Both the position numbers and the translations under genes were made by a program. Of a stretch of 64,000 bases of DNA, positions 1-9,258 are shown piece after piece. The stretch comes from Candidatus Obscuribacterales bacterium (GTDB lineage: Bacteria > Cyanobacteriota > Vampirovibrionia > Obscuribacterales > Obscuribacteraceae), in NCBI GenBank assembly GCA_965228855.1, contig CBDDIJ010000005.1, positions 352,001-416,000 on the forward strand, read 5' to 3'. Position 1 is the first letter of the stretch, and each line of letters starts with the position of its first letter. Under the pieces are notes generated by a model. The model was not told the DNA's origin, did not search any database, and saw only the letters and a program-made list of their open reading frames with translations.

Positions 1-1
1 G

Positions 2-670
2 CCGGTCTATCCGATTGTATTGTTCTCGTTTGACCGCCCCAAGAAAGAGCAGGCGTCGGGTTATGAATTAAGACTCCCGGGCCTTGACGTACTGCAGTTT
101 CAGTTCAAAGTAATTCAGCTGAATCGATTGAACTGGCGTAGCTATATGAAACGCGACAGTCCAGTTGCTGCGGCTCTTATGGCGAAGATGAAAATTGCTC
201 ACGACGAACGATTCAGGGTAAAATTGGAATGCCTGAGGATGATTGCCGATTTGAAGCTTGACAGAGCCAGATCTCGGCTAATTGCCGGTTTCGTAGACTC
301 CTACCTGAAGCTGAATGAGAATGAGAAAACCCAGTTTCTGGCCGCTATGAAAAATCTGGAAGAACCTCACAAGGAGGGAATCATGGAAATTGTAACTAGC
401 TGGATGGAAGAAGGCATTGAGAAGGGCATTGAGCAAGGAATAGAGAAAGGCATAGAAAAAGGCATTGAAAAAGGCATCGGACAAGGCCGGTACGAAGAAG
501 CCTCTATTTTAATATCCAAGCAGCTGACTCGGAGATTTGGGCCGCTACCAGAGTCTATGGATACTCAATTGAAAAAACTCACTTTGCCACAGCTAGAGAG
601 ACTCGCCGAAGATTTGCTCGACTTCGGTAGGCTAACGGACCTCGACAAATGGCTTGCAAACCAACAGTAA
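2..670 (+). CDS. Rpn-family (PD-(D/E)XK) nuclease / putative transposase with C-terminal DUF4351, 5'-truncated by window edge
   Basis: Frame is open from base 2 (PVYPIVLFSFD...). It shows typical Rpn segments (IQLNRLNWRSY, PVAAALMAKM, FVDSYLKL), EKGI repeats and a DUF4351-like tail (QLTRRFG...LERLAEDLLDF..DLDKWL). Confidence 0.85.
   Translation, partial: PVYPIVLFSFDRPKKEQASGYELRLPGLDVLQFQFKVIQLNRLNWRSYMKRDSPVAAALMAKMKIAHDERFRVKLECLRMIADLKLDRARSRLIAGFVDSYLKLNENEKTQFLAAMKNLEEPHKEGIMEIVTSWMEEGIEKGIEQGIEKGIEKGIEKGIGQGRYEEASILISKQLTRRFGPLPESMDTQLKKLTLPQLERLAEDLLDFGRLTDLDKWLANQQ
407..478 (+). repeat. Six imperfect 12-bp tandem repeats encoding E(E/K/Q)GI inside the Rpn gene
   Basis: gaagaaggcatt gagaagggcatt gagcaaggaata gagaaaggcata gaaaaaggcatt gaaaaaggcatc. 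Confidence 0.9.
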
Positions 671-817
671 ATCTCAAGCTTCCAGTTCTCTTACTTCAAA
701 CCTTTACGTTTTTGACGGCACCAATTATGATACCGAAGTCCATCAGAGCTGAACTTCAAAAGATGCACGCGTAAACGCAACGAGCGGCGGGACCATACTC
801 GTTTGCAGAAAAACTTT

Positions 818-1330
818 TTACGCGTCTTCGCTCTGAATGTAGGCGATCACAGCATCTCCACGCTCCGCGGCCTCGCCGTAAAACTCGAGGAAGCCATCAA
901 GATAGTCAACGAGTATGGTCAGGTCCTCATCAAATTCTTCGGGAACGAACGAATACAAATTCGCTTCGGTGAAGTCTTCTTTCGAATATTTGCTTTTCAG
1001 GTCTACTAAGTCGAGGTCGTTAAGCGCGGCGGCAATCAGTTTCACTTGATCAGGTTTGATAAATCGCGCGGGTCCATATCCAAAAGCATCAGGTCCCACC
1101 TCTTGTCCGCCGAGAACAACTTGGGAAAGGGGATTGTCCTCATCCACGTCCCAGGCGGTTCCAGTTAGTAAGAAGTGCAACTTTTGCCAAAACTCCTGCA
1201 ATTCGAAGAAACCACTGTTTTCATCGTCGTGCAGGTCGGACCAGATTATGTCGTGAATAGCGTCTGGGTTTGCGAGAAGACGTTTTAGCTTGCGCTGACT
1301 GATGCTTTCAAAATAAGCACACATCGCCAT
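818..1330 (-). CDS. YfbM / DUF1877 family protein
   Basis: Motifs WQKLHFLLTG, GYGPARF and FYGEAAERGDAV. Start moved to ATG 1330 (MAMCAYF), downstream of a GAGGTGA SD-like sequence. Confidence 0.85.
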   Translation of the reverse strand: MAMCAYFESISQRKLKRLLANPDAIHDIIWSDLHDDENSGFFELQEFWQKLHFLLTGTAWDVDEDNPLSQVVLGGQEVGPDAFGYGPARFIKPDQVKLIAAALNDLDLVDLKSKYSKEDFTEANLYSFVPEEFDEDLTILVDYLDGFLEFYGEAAERGDAVIAYIQSEDA

Positions 1331-1433
1331 TTCGCGCTCACCTCTTAATCCGAGTGACACATCGAATCCCGGATGATTTTGACGATAATGTTTTGTCGGA
1401 GCCCATTCAATAGAAAGTTTCGCAAAGTTAAGA

Positions 1434-1455
1434 CCTGTTCCTCTAAAGGAACAGG
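1434..1455 (-). terminator. Probable intrinsic terminator downstream of small ORF 1501-1713
   Basis: Perfect 9-bp stem cctgttcct-ctaa-aggaacagg, followed on the minus strand by tcttaacttt. Confidence 0.55.
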
Positions 1456-1500
1456 CCTGTGAAACTCTTGTGAGAACCGTTTCGACTGAAACAGCCTCGC

Positions 1501-1713
1501 TTAATATGCCAACTCTTTCAGATGCGGGACGATCTGGGTGCGACGTGATACTGCTCGACGAGCCGCATGCACACGGTGTTTACCCTTTTCATCAGCATAA
1601 TGTTCAGCATACATATTTGTGGTGCACTCTTCTTGCTCAAGTTGAGCAATAGCTTGCCTGAACCACATTCTGAGAGCGCGACGCTCATCTTCAGTGATCG
1701 TATCTTCAGTCAT
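1501..1713 (-). CDS. Small hypothetical protein (70 aa, MTEDTITEDERRALRMW...)
   Basis: AGGAG SD upstream of ATG 1713, hairpin downstream, protein-like charged helical composition. Confidence 0.55.
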   Translation of the reverse strand: MTEDTITEDERRALRMWFRQAIAQLEQEECTTNMYAEHYADEKGKHRVHAARRAVSRRTQIVPHLKELAY

Positions 1714-2057
1714 CTTTCCCGCTCCTATGTGTCCGTGTAGCAGCCTGGGCTGTAACGCCATAACCAGAAGCACCGCTCGGCCGAATGCGTTGCCTAAATA
1801 CGCAACGAATACCAGCAACGCTTTTGAGCGATAGCTAGATCCCACTTTCGCACCGGACCAGCTGTGTGCCGCCGGTGGCGAGGCGCATTAGAAGCGCACC
1901 TCTCGTGAAACTCACATTACGATCATAAGTGCTTCTCAAGTGGGGGCAATGCTTGACATCACCGTTTTCCATTAGCTGTAACTTATTATTTTTCGAGGTC
2001 TATAAAAGCTGATTTCTACAGCCTTTCAGAAACCGAAATTTCGCTCGAAGTATTGCT

Positions 2058-2294
2058 AACTTTGTTAAGTTTCAGATTTTGCTCATAAAACTGCTCGATT
2101 TATGAATGACTGCTCACGAACAAACGACCGCTTAGCATCCCCAGCGCAGTCGAATCGATATACGAACGAGCACTCACAAGGCAGTCACCGCTCAACATCG
2201 TAATAATGAATTGACGGCGAATTATTCTAACGGAACCAGCAGCGTACAAATTAATTGGTAACGACGCTATGAGCATGCGTGGATTGTGACCCAT
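2058..2294 (-). pseudogene. Possible decayed STAS-domain (anti-sigma-factor antagonist) gene
   Basis: Translation contains INLYAAGSVR and SYIDSTALGML, the latter resembling the STAS phospho-Ser motif. Weak similarity continues past TAA at 2100-2102 (GRLFV...*IEQFYEQNLKLNKV). No SD. Confidence 0.35.
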
Positions 2295-2320
2295 AGCGCC
2301 GAGAGGCGGAAAAAAACTTT

Positions 2321-3250
2321 CTACAGATTGATCTCGAACACCTCGCTAAAAACCCATTTGGTCGTCTGCCGAGCCGAAGACTCAGGATTTTTCCGCAGAA
2401 AATCGTGAATCGCTATGCGTCGATATCTTTCATACATTGATGAAACCGCACGCAACTCATCCCACTCACGGAGCTGATCGCCGCTCGGCATCAGGAACTG
2501 CGTAGAGGAGATCATGTGAGGAGACGAGTTTCCAGAATCGGGGAAATCAAAAATTAGACAGTCCGTCGCTTCGCGCTCGGATATCTGTTCACCGCAATCA
2601 GTTGGAAATACGCCAATCGTTTTTTTGCTAAAAACCTTTGCTGGTTGTCCTGACTTCAACGCAAGTGACTGTTCTCGATGGTACCGAGAAACACCGCTCC
2701 AACTCTCACTTGCATAGACTTCAGCTAAAAACAGCAATTGCTCTAGCTCAAACAAGTAGGCTGTTGGCTCGAACACTCCGGGAAGAACATTCAATACGAC
2801 ACCATCAGCGGTGCAGATCATTGTCGCTATTTTACCCGAGTACGCCTGCTCAAGCGGCGCAGCATCTACCGGGCTGATGCACTCGTTTTTATCGTTCCAA
2901 CACACTGGAATCGACTGCCAGGTAACATCAAAGGAAGTATTTCGAACATTTTGCCATGCCGGTTCGAAATTATTCATTATGAACAAAGCGATTTCCGGAG
3001 CAGAGAACAGCATTTGACGAGCGTATTGTCCGGCAATCTCGCAATCACCGTTATTCAAATTTCCGCTTAACTGAAACACTAGAATCGGTTTACCGGAACG
3101 TGATGCTGCAAGGCAAGCAGATTGATAATCAGGATGCCACGGCACCAGATTCGGTGCCTCAGCATTTCCAGTTTCAACAGTTTGCAGCAGCGATTTCAAT
3201 TCTTCCTGTTCTTTCTTGGAAGAAATTTTCGCGATTAATTCTTGCAGCAT
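2321..3250 (-). CDS. Thioredoxin-fold protein resembling the C-terminal domain of selenoprotein N (no Sec)
   Basis: WHPDYQSACLAASRSGKPILVFQLSGNLNNGDCEIAG..R..LFS..I...F...W and MICTADGVVL, compared from memory with the SelN family. Confidence 0.6.
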   Translation of the reverse strand: MLQELIAKISSKKEQEELKSLLQTVETGNAEAPNLVPWHPDYQSACLAASRSGKPILVFQLSGNLNNGDCEIAGQYARQMLFSAPEIALFIMNNFEPAWQNVRNTSFDVTWQSIPVCWNDKNECISPVDAAPLEQAYSGKIATMICTADGVVLNVLPGVFEPTAYLFELEQLLFLAEVYASESWSGVSRYHREQSLALKSGQPAKVFSKKTIGVFPTDCGEQISEREATDCLIFDFPDSGNSSPHMISSTQFLMPSGDQLREWDELRAVSSMYERYRRIAIHDFLRKNPESSARQTTKWVFSEVFEINL

Positions 3251-3675
3251 TTTTCTATACCCCTTCGCGAAGCGCGCGGATGCAGAGTTAAGCTCAAGCA
3301 GCTAGCCAAACTGCCGAGAGTAGCCGCTCAGGAGCGACGTTTACCTGATGACTCAGTTTGCGAAATTTTGATTGCGAACGTCCCTTTACCGCCAACTAGG
3401 CGACCAACAATCACTTCAATTGCGACCGATTCGACTCTCAATCGCCACGCGAATACGCAGCAAATGGCGCTGGAGTATGACTATGCGAGCCACCGGATGA
3501 GCCTCCCCCCTGTGCTTTTCCGCGCTCGATAAATAGTAGACCGAGATTAAACGGATGCCCGTTTATGAGTTGAGATAATTCCACTCTATCAAACGACCTG
3601 AAAAACTGCCAAGTGCATTTGTAACGAGCAACGTAATATCTCGATTCAAATTCGACAGCTCCATGCGGATAGCTC

Positions 3676-4641
3676 TCACGACCTGACCTTATCAGGAAAC
3701 AGCCAGTTCATTCCAATAAACAAACCGGGAATAGCCAGCAGCGGAAACCAGGCTTGAAAAACAAGTGGCAAGCCAGTAAGTGTAACGAGCCAGCCGGCGC
3801 AGATAGGATGGCGCAGGAGAAATACGGCTCGGGTTGGTGGCACATGCGGTGCATGATAGGTTTCAGAATCATCGATCAATGAAACCGGAAATTCTCCCCC
3901 ATGCGGAAACGATTTTAGATGCGCGCCTCTTACTTTGCTTTCGTCGGACACAACTGACACCAGACGGACGTTAGCTTTCGAGTCCACACGAGCAAACAGG
4001 CCTCTAATAATCATGTAGAGTCCAATGACCGCTGTGCCGACGCCAACAGTTCTAATCACTTCAGCTGAGACCGGATCTGAAACGATGTTGCCTAATCCGA
4101 GCTTCTGACACAGCACGGCACACATAACAAATAAAACTAGATATAGAAAGATTAGCAATACGTTTGTACGTCCTTTGCTTTTGGCCGTCCAGAAACCCCT
4201 CTTTGCCTTGCGCGGGCCACCGGATAAACATTCCTCGAATACCGGTTCTGTCAAAAGAGGCAACTCATCGTCGCTGGGCGATACTAGTTCACCGTTTTCA
4301 ACGAGACTAGTTTCAGCACGGGCAGAACTCGTTTCAGAGGAAACGGAACTTGTATCGATGCGAGCCGACTTTGTTTCAACAACATCTGACCGGAGGAAGG
4401 CAGCATACTCTTGTGACTCAGCCACAATCCGCCCGAATTCTCGATATGCCAGGCGAGCACCGCCCACGGTTCCAGTTAGTAAACAGGAGGAGTAAAGAAC
4501 AAGCTCCTGCCAATCGACTACAACCAGATTCAACTCTTTCCTGACGCCCCAAACAGGCACCAGCACGAGAATACCGACCGCCAACAGTCCGGCGATCGCT
4601 CCCAGAAAAACCGCACCTAACTTCGATATTGAAGCAGGCAT
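3676..4641 (-). CDS. Membrane protein with C-terminal ICMT/PEMT-like methyltransferase-fold segment
   Basis: Several hydrophobic segments. The F.LLRHPI.AGWL motif resembles the RHP motif of isoprenylcysteine/phospholipid methyltransferases. Confidence 0.55.
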   Translation of the reverse strand: MPASISKLGAVFLGAIAGLLAVGILVLVPVWGVRKELNLVVVDWQELVLYSSCLLTGTVGGARLAYREFGRIVAESQEYAAFLRSDVVETKSARIDTSSVSSETSSARAETSLVENGELVSPSDDELPLLTEPVFEECLSGGPRKAKRGFWTAKSKGRTNVLLIFLYLVLFVMCAVLCQKLGLGNIVSDPVSAEVIRTVGVGTAVIGLYMIIRGLFARVDSKANVRLVSVVSDESKVRGAHLKSFPHGGEFPVSLIDDSETYHAPHVPPTRAVFLLRHPICAGWLVTLTGLPLVFQAWFPLLAIPGLFIGMNWLFPDKVRS

Positions 4642-4662
4642 CTCACCAAACTCCGGTCATAC

Positions 4663-5292
4663 TCAAGATAGCGCAGACGCGCCCAATACCTTCAAGCTAT
4701 ACCTTACCAGGCTTTCCACATCTTCGCTCACATTCTCCTCGAGCTGAGCTTTGCGAAGTGCCATGGCGATTTCCGTGACCGTGTAACCGAGCCCGGTGAG
4801 AATGGCGCGCACTTCTTCTTGAACCTCTCCTTTAACCTTGACCGGTTCAAGCGGAGCGCCCATTTTGGAGCTGAAGTCCTCAATCTTAGCGTGCAATTCC
4901 AAGGCGATTCTTTGAGCCACTTTCGGTCCGACGCCTGGAGTCTGGCTGATTGTTTTCGTATCCTCAGCCAGAATTGCATCTACTAAAAGTTTCGGCCCAA
5001 GAGTTCCGACAATGGCAAGGGCCAGTTTAGGTCCGACGCCGCTAACTGTTTGCAGAATTAAAAACAGTTGGCGCTCATCGACCGACTCGAAGCCGAAAAG
5101 CGTGATCTCTGTTTCTCTCACGGCCATATATGTATGGATTGTCGCTTCATCGCCCGGTTTGCCAATGTTCAACAAACTGCGCGTCGCCATCCACAACTCG
5201 AAGCCTACTCCCGAAACCTCGATGACCAGCCGATTGACTGTGCCGCCGGTCAGTTCTTTGGAATGAATGATGCCTTTGAGAAACGCAAACAT
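4663..5292 (-). CDS. ruvA: Holliday junction branch migration protein RuvA
   Basis: MFAFLKG, GVGFE, VRE..LFGF, VSGVGPKLAL, PGVGPKVAQRI..EL, L..LGY. Confidence 0.97.
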   Translation of the reverse strand: MFAFLKGIIHSKELTGGTVNRLVIEVSGVGFELWMATRSLLNIGKPGDEATIHTYMAVRETEITLFGFESVDERQLFLILQTVSGVGPKLALAIVGTLGPKLLVDAILAEDTKTISQTPGVGPKVAQRIALELHAKIEDFSSKMGAPLEPVKVKGEVQEEVRAILTGLGYTVTEIAMALRKAQLEENVSEDVESLVRYSLKVLGASALS

Positions 5293-5413
5293 ACAAAATG
5301 CCCACCAAGATATATCCGTTCAAAACTCGCAAAACCAGCGAGCGCTAGAACTAAGAATAGAGCCTCAAGCCCGTCTTTGGCAGAGAACTTCGTTTATCTA
5401 AGTTAGGAAAAAA

Positions 5414-5487
5414 TCGGGGCGAGAGGATTCGAACCTCCGGCCTTCCGCACCCGAAACGGACACGCTACCAAGCTGCGCTACGCCCCG
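5414..5487 (-). tRNA. tRNA-Pro (anticodon CGG), CCA not encoded
   Basis: Minus strand reads CGGGGCGTAGCGCAGCTTGGTAGCGTGTCCGTTTCGGGTGCGGAAGGCCGGAGGTTCGAATCCTCTCGCCCCGA. It forms a cloverleaf with anticodon loop TTCGGGT and T-loop TTCGAAT. Confidence 0.97.
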
Positions 5488-5664
5488 ACGACGTATCTCC
5501 CTTGACTTCAAGGGTGGCACTAGAGTGTATTGTCACACAGCTCGCTCTTTCGTGCCACTGCTCAAAGCTTGGAATTCACATAGATTTGCGTCCGAAGATT
5601 CCGAAGGAAAATCAGGTCCGAAGCCGATGCCAAGAGAGAGCAATTTGTTCAGCTTTCAAGCCGT

Positions 5665-6618
5665 CTATTCAGCCATCAGGCTGCGGTTGCCGCCGTCTTT
5701 GTGGGCGTGCTCGACCGCGGCGCGGGCATGGCTGAGGAGCACTTTGCCATCGTCGTCCATGTGGGGAGCGAACTGGCAGATTCCGACGCCAACCGTAATG
5801 TTTAGAGTGTCCTTATCGGCCAGGAAATTGTTGTCCTGAATGCAGGTGCGCAGGCGTTCAGCAACTTCGATAGCGCCGTCGCGCGGCGTGACCGTCAAAC
5901 CTACGATGAATTCGAATGGACCGGATCGGACTATGATGTCCGAATCGCGCATCTGTTTACCGATAACAGTGCCAATCTGCGCTACTACGCCATCGGCGAC
6001 CTTTTGACCATAGTGCTTCAGAAGGTCTTTATGATTGTCGACTTCGAGGACGACGACACTGAGCGGCACGCCATAACGGCGCGCTTGCTTGATTCCAAGC
6101 TTGAGGAATTCGTTTAAATAACGAATGCTCTTGAGGTCCGTTAGGTTGTCGGTAAGAGAGAGTTCTTTAATCTGAGCTTCTTTCTTCCGAAGCTCGTCGC
6201 GCAAGGCTTTCTCACGAAGAATGCTCTTGACGCGGGTCAAGAGTTCAGTCGGCTGGACCGGCTTGAAAATGATGTCTTCATTCTCCGGTTCGTCGCCCAC
6301 GATGTCGGGCACAGGCTCATCTTTGGACCCGAGAAAGATAATTGGAATGTGGCTGGTTTTCTCTTCCTTTTTCAGACGTTGATAAACAGCCATGCCGCCC
6401 ATGAGCGGCATATTGAGGTCCAGAATGATTACGTCCGGAGTTCTGACTTTGCAAGCAGCAATAGCCTTGAAGCCGTCGTTAGCGGAATCACACACATATC
6501 CCGCGTCTTTGAGCACCTCGGAAAGCAGCAAGGTGATTGCGTGTTCGTCGTCAACTACAAGAATTTTTTGGCCGGTTTTCACTTTTCGATTTCGTCTTTC
6601 TGGATCGCCTGGTCTCAT
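5665..6618 (-). CDS. Response regulator (REC) with degenerate GGDEF domain
   Basis: ILVVDDE, PDVIILDLNMP, KP, then D.LT, the RDSD I-site, and GPFEF replacing GGDEF. Confidence 0.9.
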   Translation of the reverse strand: MRPGDPERRNRKVKTGQKILVVDDEHAITLLLSEVLKDAGYVCDSANDGFKAIAACKVRTPDVIILDLNMPLMGGMAVYQRLKKEEKTSHIPIIFLGSKDEPVPDIVGDEPENEDIIFKPVQPTELLTRVKSILREKALRDELRKKEAQIKELSLTDNLTDLKSIRYLNEFLKLGIKQARRYGVPLSVVVLEVDNHKDLLKHYGQKVADGVVAQIGTVIGKQMRDSDIIVRSGPFEFIVGLTVTPRDGAIEVAERLRTCIQDNNFLADKDTLNITVGVGICQFAPHMDDDGKVLLSHARAAVEHAHKDGGNRSLMAE

Positions 6619-6681
6619 GGAAACTTGTGAGACAAAGCAAAGCAGTGCTCCTGATTGTGATAATAGCGGGTTGGCGACAAT

Positions 6682-7074
6682 TCAACAATGCGGGGCCGGG
6701 GATATAAATCCAATTCTTGGAATCCGAAGCTCGCTAGCAGGCGGATGTTCGATTAATTCCGTCGTTCTAACGTCTTCTGAAACGTTTGCAATAAATGGGC
6801 TCAGGTCGAGATCGAAGTATATGGGAGCGAATTTTTCGACCCTCCAGAGCCCCCTCTTTAAAAGCTTCAGAGCGCCCAAGGAATTTTTTCGGAGCAGGTG
6901 GTAATAACCGACTGATATTTGAATGATGCCTTGAATCAACTCGCGATCGTCCTCGCGATATTCTTGCCAGACATGCTCAAGCGTCTCGTGACACTCAAAA
7001 AATTCTCGAGAATTGAACTCATGAATGCCTTTGAGAAAATCGTCTTGAAGATTTGAAGGAAGTGTTGCAGTCAT
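6682..7074 (-). CDS. DUF309 domain protein
   Basis: FN..EFFECHETLEHVW, QGIIQISVG.YH. Confidence 0.92.
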   Translation of the reverse strand: MTATLPSNLQDDFLKGIHEFNSREFFECHETLEHVWQEYREDDRELIQGIIQISVGYYHLLRKNSLGALKLLKRGLWRVEKFAPIYFDLDLSPFIANVSEDVRTTELIEHPPASELRIPRIGFISPAPHC

Positions 7075-7101
7075 ACTTAGATCAAAAATATTTTAAGGTC
7101 G

Positions 7102-9249
7102 TTAGTTCAGTCGAGCGATGGCAACAACCTGAGCATCGCGGGGCATCGACTCCATTTCGGCACGCGCCAGGGCAAGTACCTGCGTGGAATCCAGAAGACC
7201 AGACAGGTCAATGATTTTCGCTCCGGCAAGCAACACCATATCTGGTATCACTTTACCGGCATCGCCCCATTCGGAAAATTCTTCGATCAAACCGCCGATA
7301 GTTCTATCTGCCGCATCGACAGTACAATCACGAAACGCCGCATTCCGGAATTGCAGACGAATGCCACCAGCCTGGTCGAGGACGCGAACGCATCGCAAAT
7401 GATGTTTGAATAAACCCATTAGGCGTGATTCGACTTTGTCACTGGAATAAACCTGGAAGAACCTACCATCGAAGTCCAATTTCACTTTTTCAGTCGTCAC
7501 ACGCATGGACTCAGCGACCAGCACTTTGCGCTCCTCTGAGTTGCTTGCCTGTTTCACGTCCGAATCTTTAGTCATGCTGGTTGCACCACATGCGGTAGCA
7601 CGAACAACACTTGTTCGGGTGTCGATCTCGATATGCACTTCGATCGAAGCAGGGTCGGCGCCCATCTTTTCTACCGAGGCATGTGCTTCCTGACGGATTC
7701 GGAGAATATCGTCGTCTGTCGGGTTAACAACCTGGCGTTCAATGGTTTCTCTGATAAGAGCAAGACCGACTCCGATTGCAGAGATAACGTCCGCATGTTC
7801 AGCAATTTGAAAGCGCAGGTTCATCTCCTGGGCAACGAACGGGACTATCGCAGCCGCACCACCACCTCCACCGATAAGGTTGACTAAGTCAGGGTCAAGT
7901 TTATGATCTTTGATCAGCGCCTGTACGACGGGGATACACTTCTTTGCCGCCAGACGCAGCATTTCAGTCGCAGCCTCACTCGGCTGAGAATTCACGGTCG
8001 CAGCAAGTGCAGCCATCGCCGATTGAACGGAGGCGAGATTTCCCTTCGCACAATTATCTTCGGGCACGAGATTCAACAAATTTGAAGCGCAGGTCGGTGT
8101 GACGCACTGCTTACGCTCACCGGTGGCATCCTGAATCATGACGTAATCGTCCGGATCATCAGCCATTGGCTTTATAAGTTTAACGGTCGGGTTCGGAATC
8201 GGTTCTTCAAAAGCAGAATAGTGAAGACCGGCTATATGAGCGCTCCTCGGTCCAATATCAAATAACTTACCATCTCTAACTCGAGGGAGTGAGCCTCCTG
8301 CGACACCTACGGTTCGAACATCCAGGGTGCGCATATAGACGCGGTGTCCGCCGATTTCGGCAGACTTAATTTTCGCCCGACCATTGCTGATGGCAGAAAT
8401 ATCAGTGGAAGTTCCACCAACCTCGAGAAAGATGCCGTCTGAGATTCGGAGAAACATCATGGCGGCCGCCACACCGGCAGCGGGACCGGAGAGCATTGTC
8501 AAAATTGGTCGTTTCCGCATTGCGGCGATGTCCATCACACCACCATCGGAACGCATGATCATAACGGGAGCAGTGATGCCGGCATCGCGAACGCTAGACT
8601 CCGTCATGTCTGCGCTTTCGATCATTTTCGGCAGCATTGATGCGTTAATGACGGCTGTGCGCGTTCTCACCTTATAACCGTATAGTTGGCTGACTTCGTG
8701 ACCCGCAGTTGCAGGCAAATTCATTTCCCTGACGATACTAACTACAAACTCCTCATTCCTGGAATCGTCAACCGCGAAAGCCTCACTCACGGCGATGGCT
8801 TTGGCGCCTTGCTGCACAAGCCGATCTACAGCCGAAGTGACCATTTCGCGCGTGATAGGTTTTCCAGAATTGATGAACTCATGGTAGGTCGTGAGATATT
8901 TGTCCGGTGCAAGCTCAATCTTTCCAAGCTTCGAAACACCACTTGCAATACCCGCGTTGAGCCCAGCTCCCATTGAGATAATTCCGACGCTTGCAACATC
9001 TCCTTCCAGCAAGGCATTGGTCGCCTGAGTAGTCGAGTGCGCAATAAAACCGACGTCCTCAGGAGCGATATTCGCTTCGCTCAGCAGCTTCTTCAATGCC
9101 TCGATGATACCGAGGGCTACGCCTTCGGCCGCGCGGTGCGTAGTGGGAACTTTGACACGACCAACCAGTTTCATCGCTTCCGAATTAATCGCGACGGCAT
9201 GCGTGAACGTGCCACCAACATCGATACCAACTCTTATTCGCCCTGCCAT
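7102..9249 (-). CDS. Hydantoinase/oxoprolinase family protein (HyuA-like, ASKHA ATPase fold)
   Basis: GIDVGGTFT, HSTTQATNALLEG, MRSDGG, SGPAAG, EVGGTSTD, GGSL, GPRSA. Confidence 0.92.
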   Translation of the reverse strand: MAGRIRVGIDVGGTFTHAVAINSEAMKLVGRVKVPTTHRAAEGVALGIIEALKKLLSEANIAPEDVGFIAHSTTQATNALLEGDVASVGIISMGAGLNAGIASGVSKLGKIELAPDKYLTTYHEFINSGKPITREMVTSAVDRLVQQGAKAIAVSEAFAVDDSRNEEFVVSIVREMNLPATAGHEVSQLYGYKVRTRTAVINASMLPKMIESADMTESSVRDAGITAPVMIMRSDGGVMDIAAMRKRPILTMLSGPAAGVAAAMMFLRISDGIFLEVGGTSTDISAISNGRAKIKSAEIGGHRVYMRTLDVRTVGVAGGSLPRVRDGKLFDIGPRSAHIAGLHYSAFEEPIPNPTVKLIKPMADDPDDYVMIQDATGERKQCVTPTCASNLLNLVPEDNCAKGNLASVQSAMAALAATVNSQPSEAATEMLRLAAKKCIPVVQALIKDHKLDPDLVNLIGGGGGAAAIVPFVAQEMNLRFQIAEHADVISAIGVGLALIRETIERQVVNPTDDDILRIRQEAHASVEKMGADPASIEVHIEIDTRTSVVRATACGATSMTKDSDVKQASNSEERKVLVAESMRVTTEKVKLDFDGRFFQVYSSDKVESRLMGLFKHHLRCVRVLDQAGGIRLQFRNAAFRDCTVDAADRTIGGLIEEFSEWGDAGKVIPDMVLLAGAKIIDLSGLLDSTQVLALARAEMESMPRDAQVVAIARLN

Positions 9250-9258
9250 CTCAATACC

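Noticed and set aside
2..670. Rpn gene as an insertion sequence
   Set aside because: No terminal inverted repeat or target duplication visible, and Rpn proteins are not established transposases.
5414..5487. tRNA-Pro as an integration site of an island
   Set aside because: No integrase and no duplicated tRNA 3' end seen in the window; the flanks are ordinary genes.
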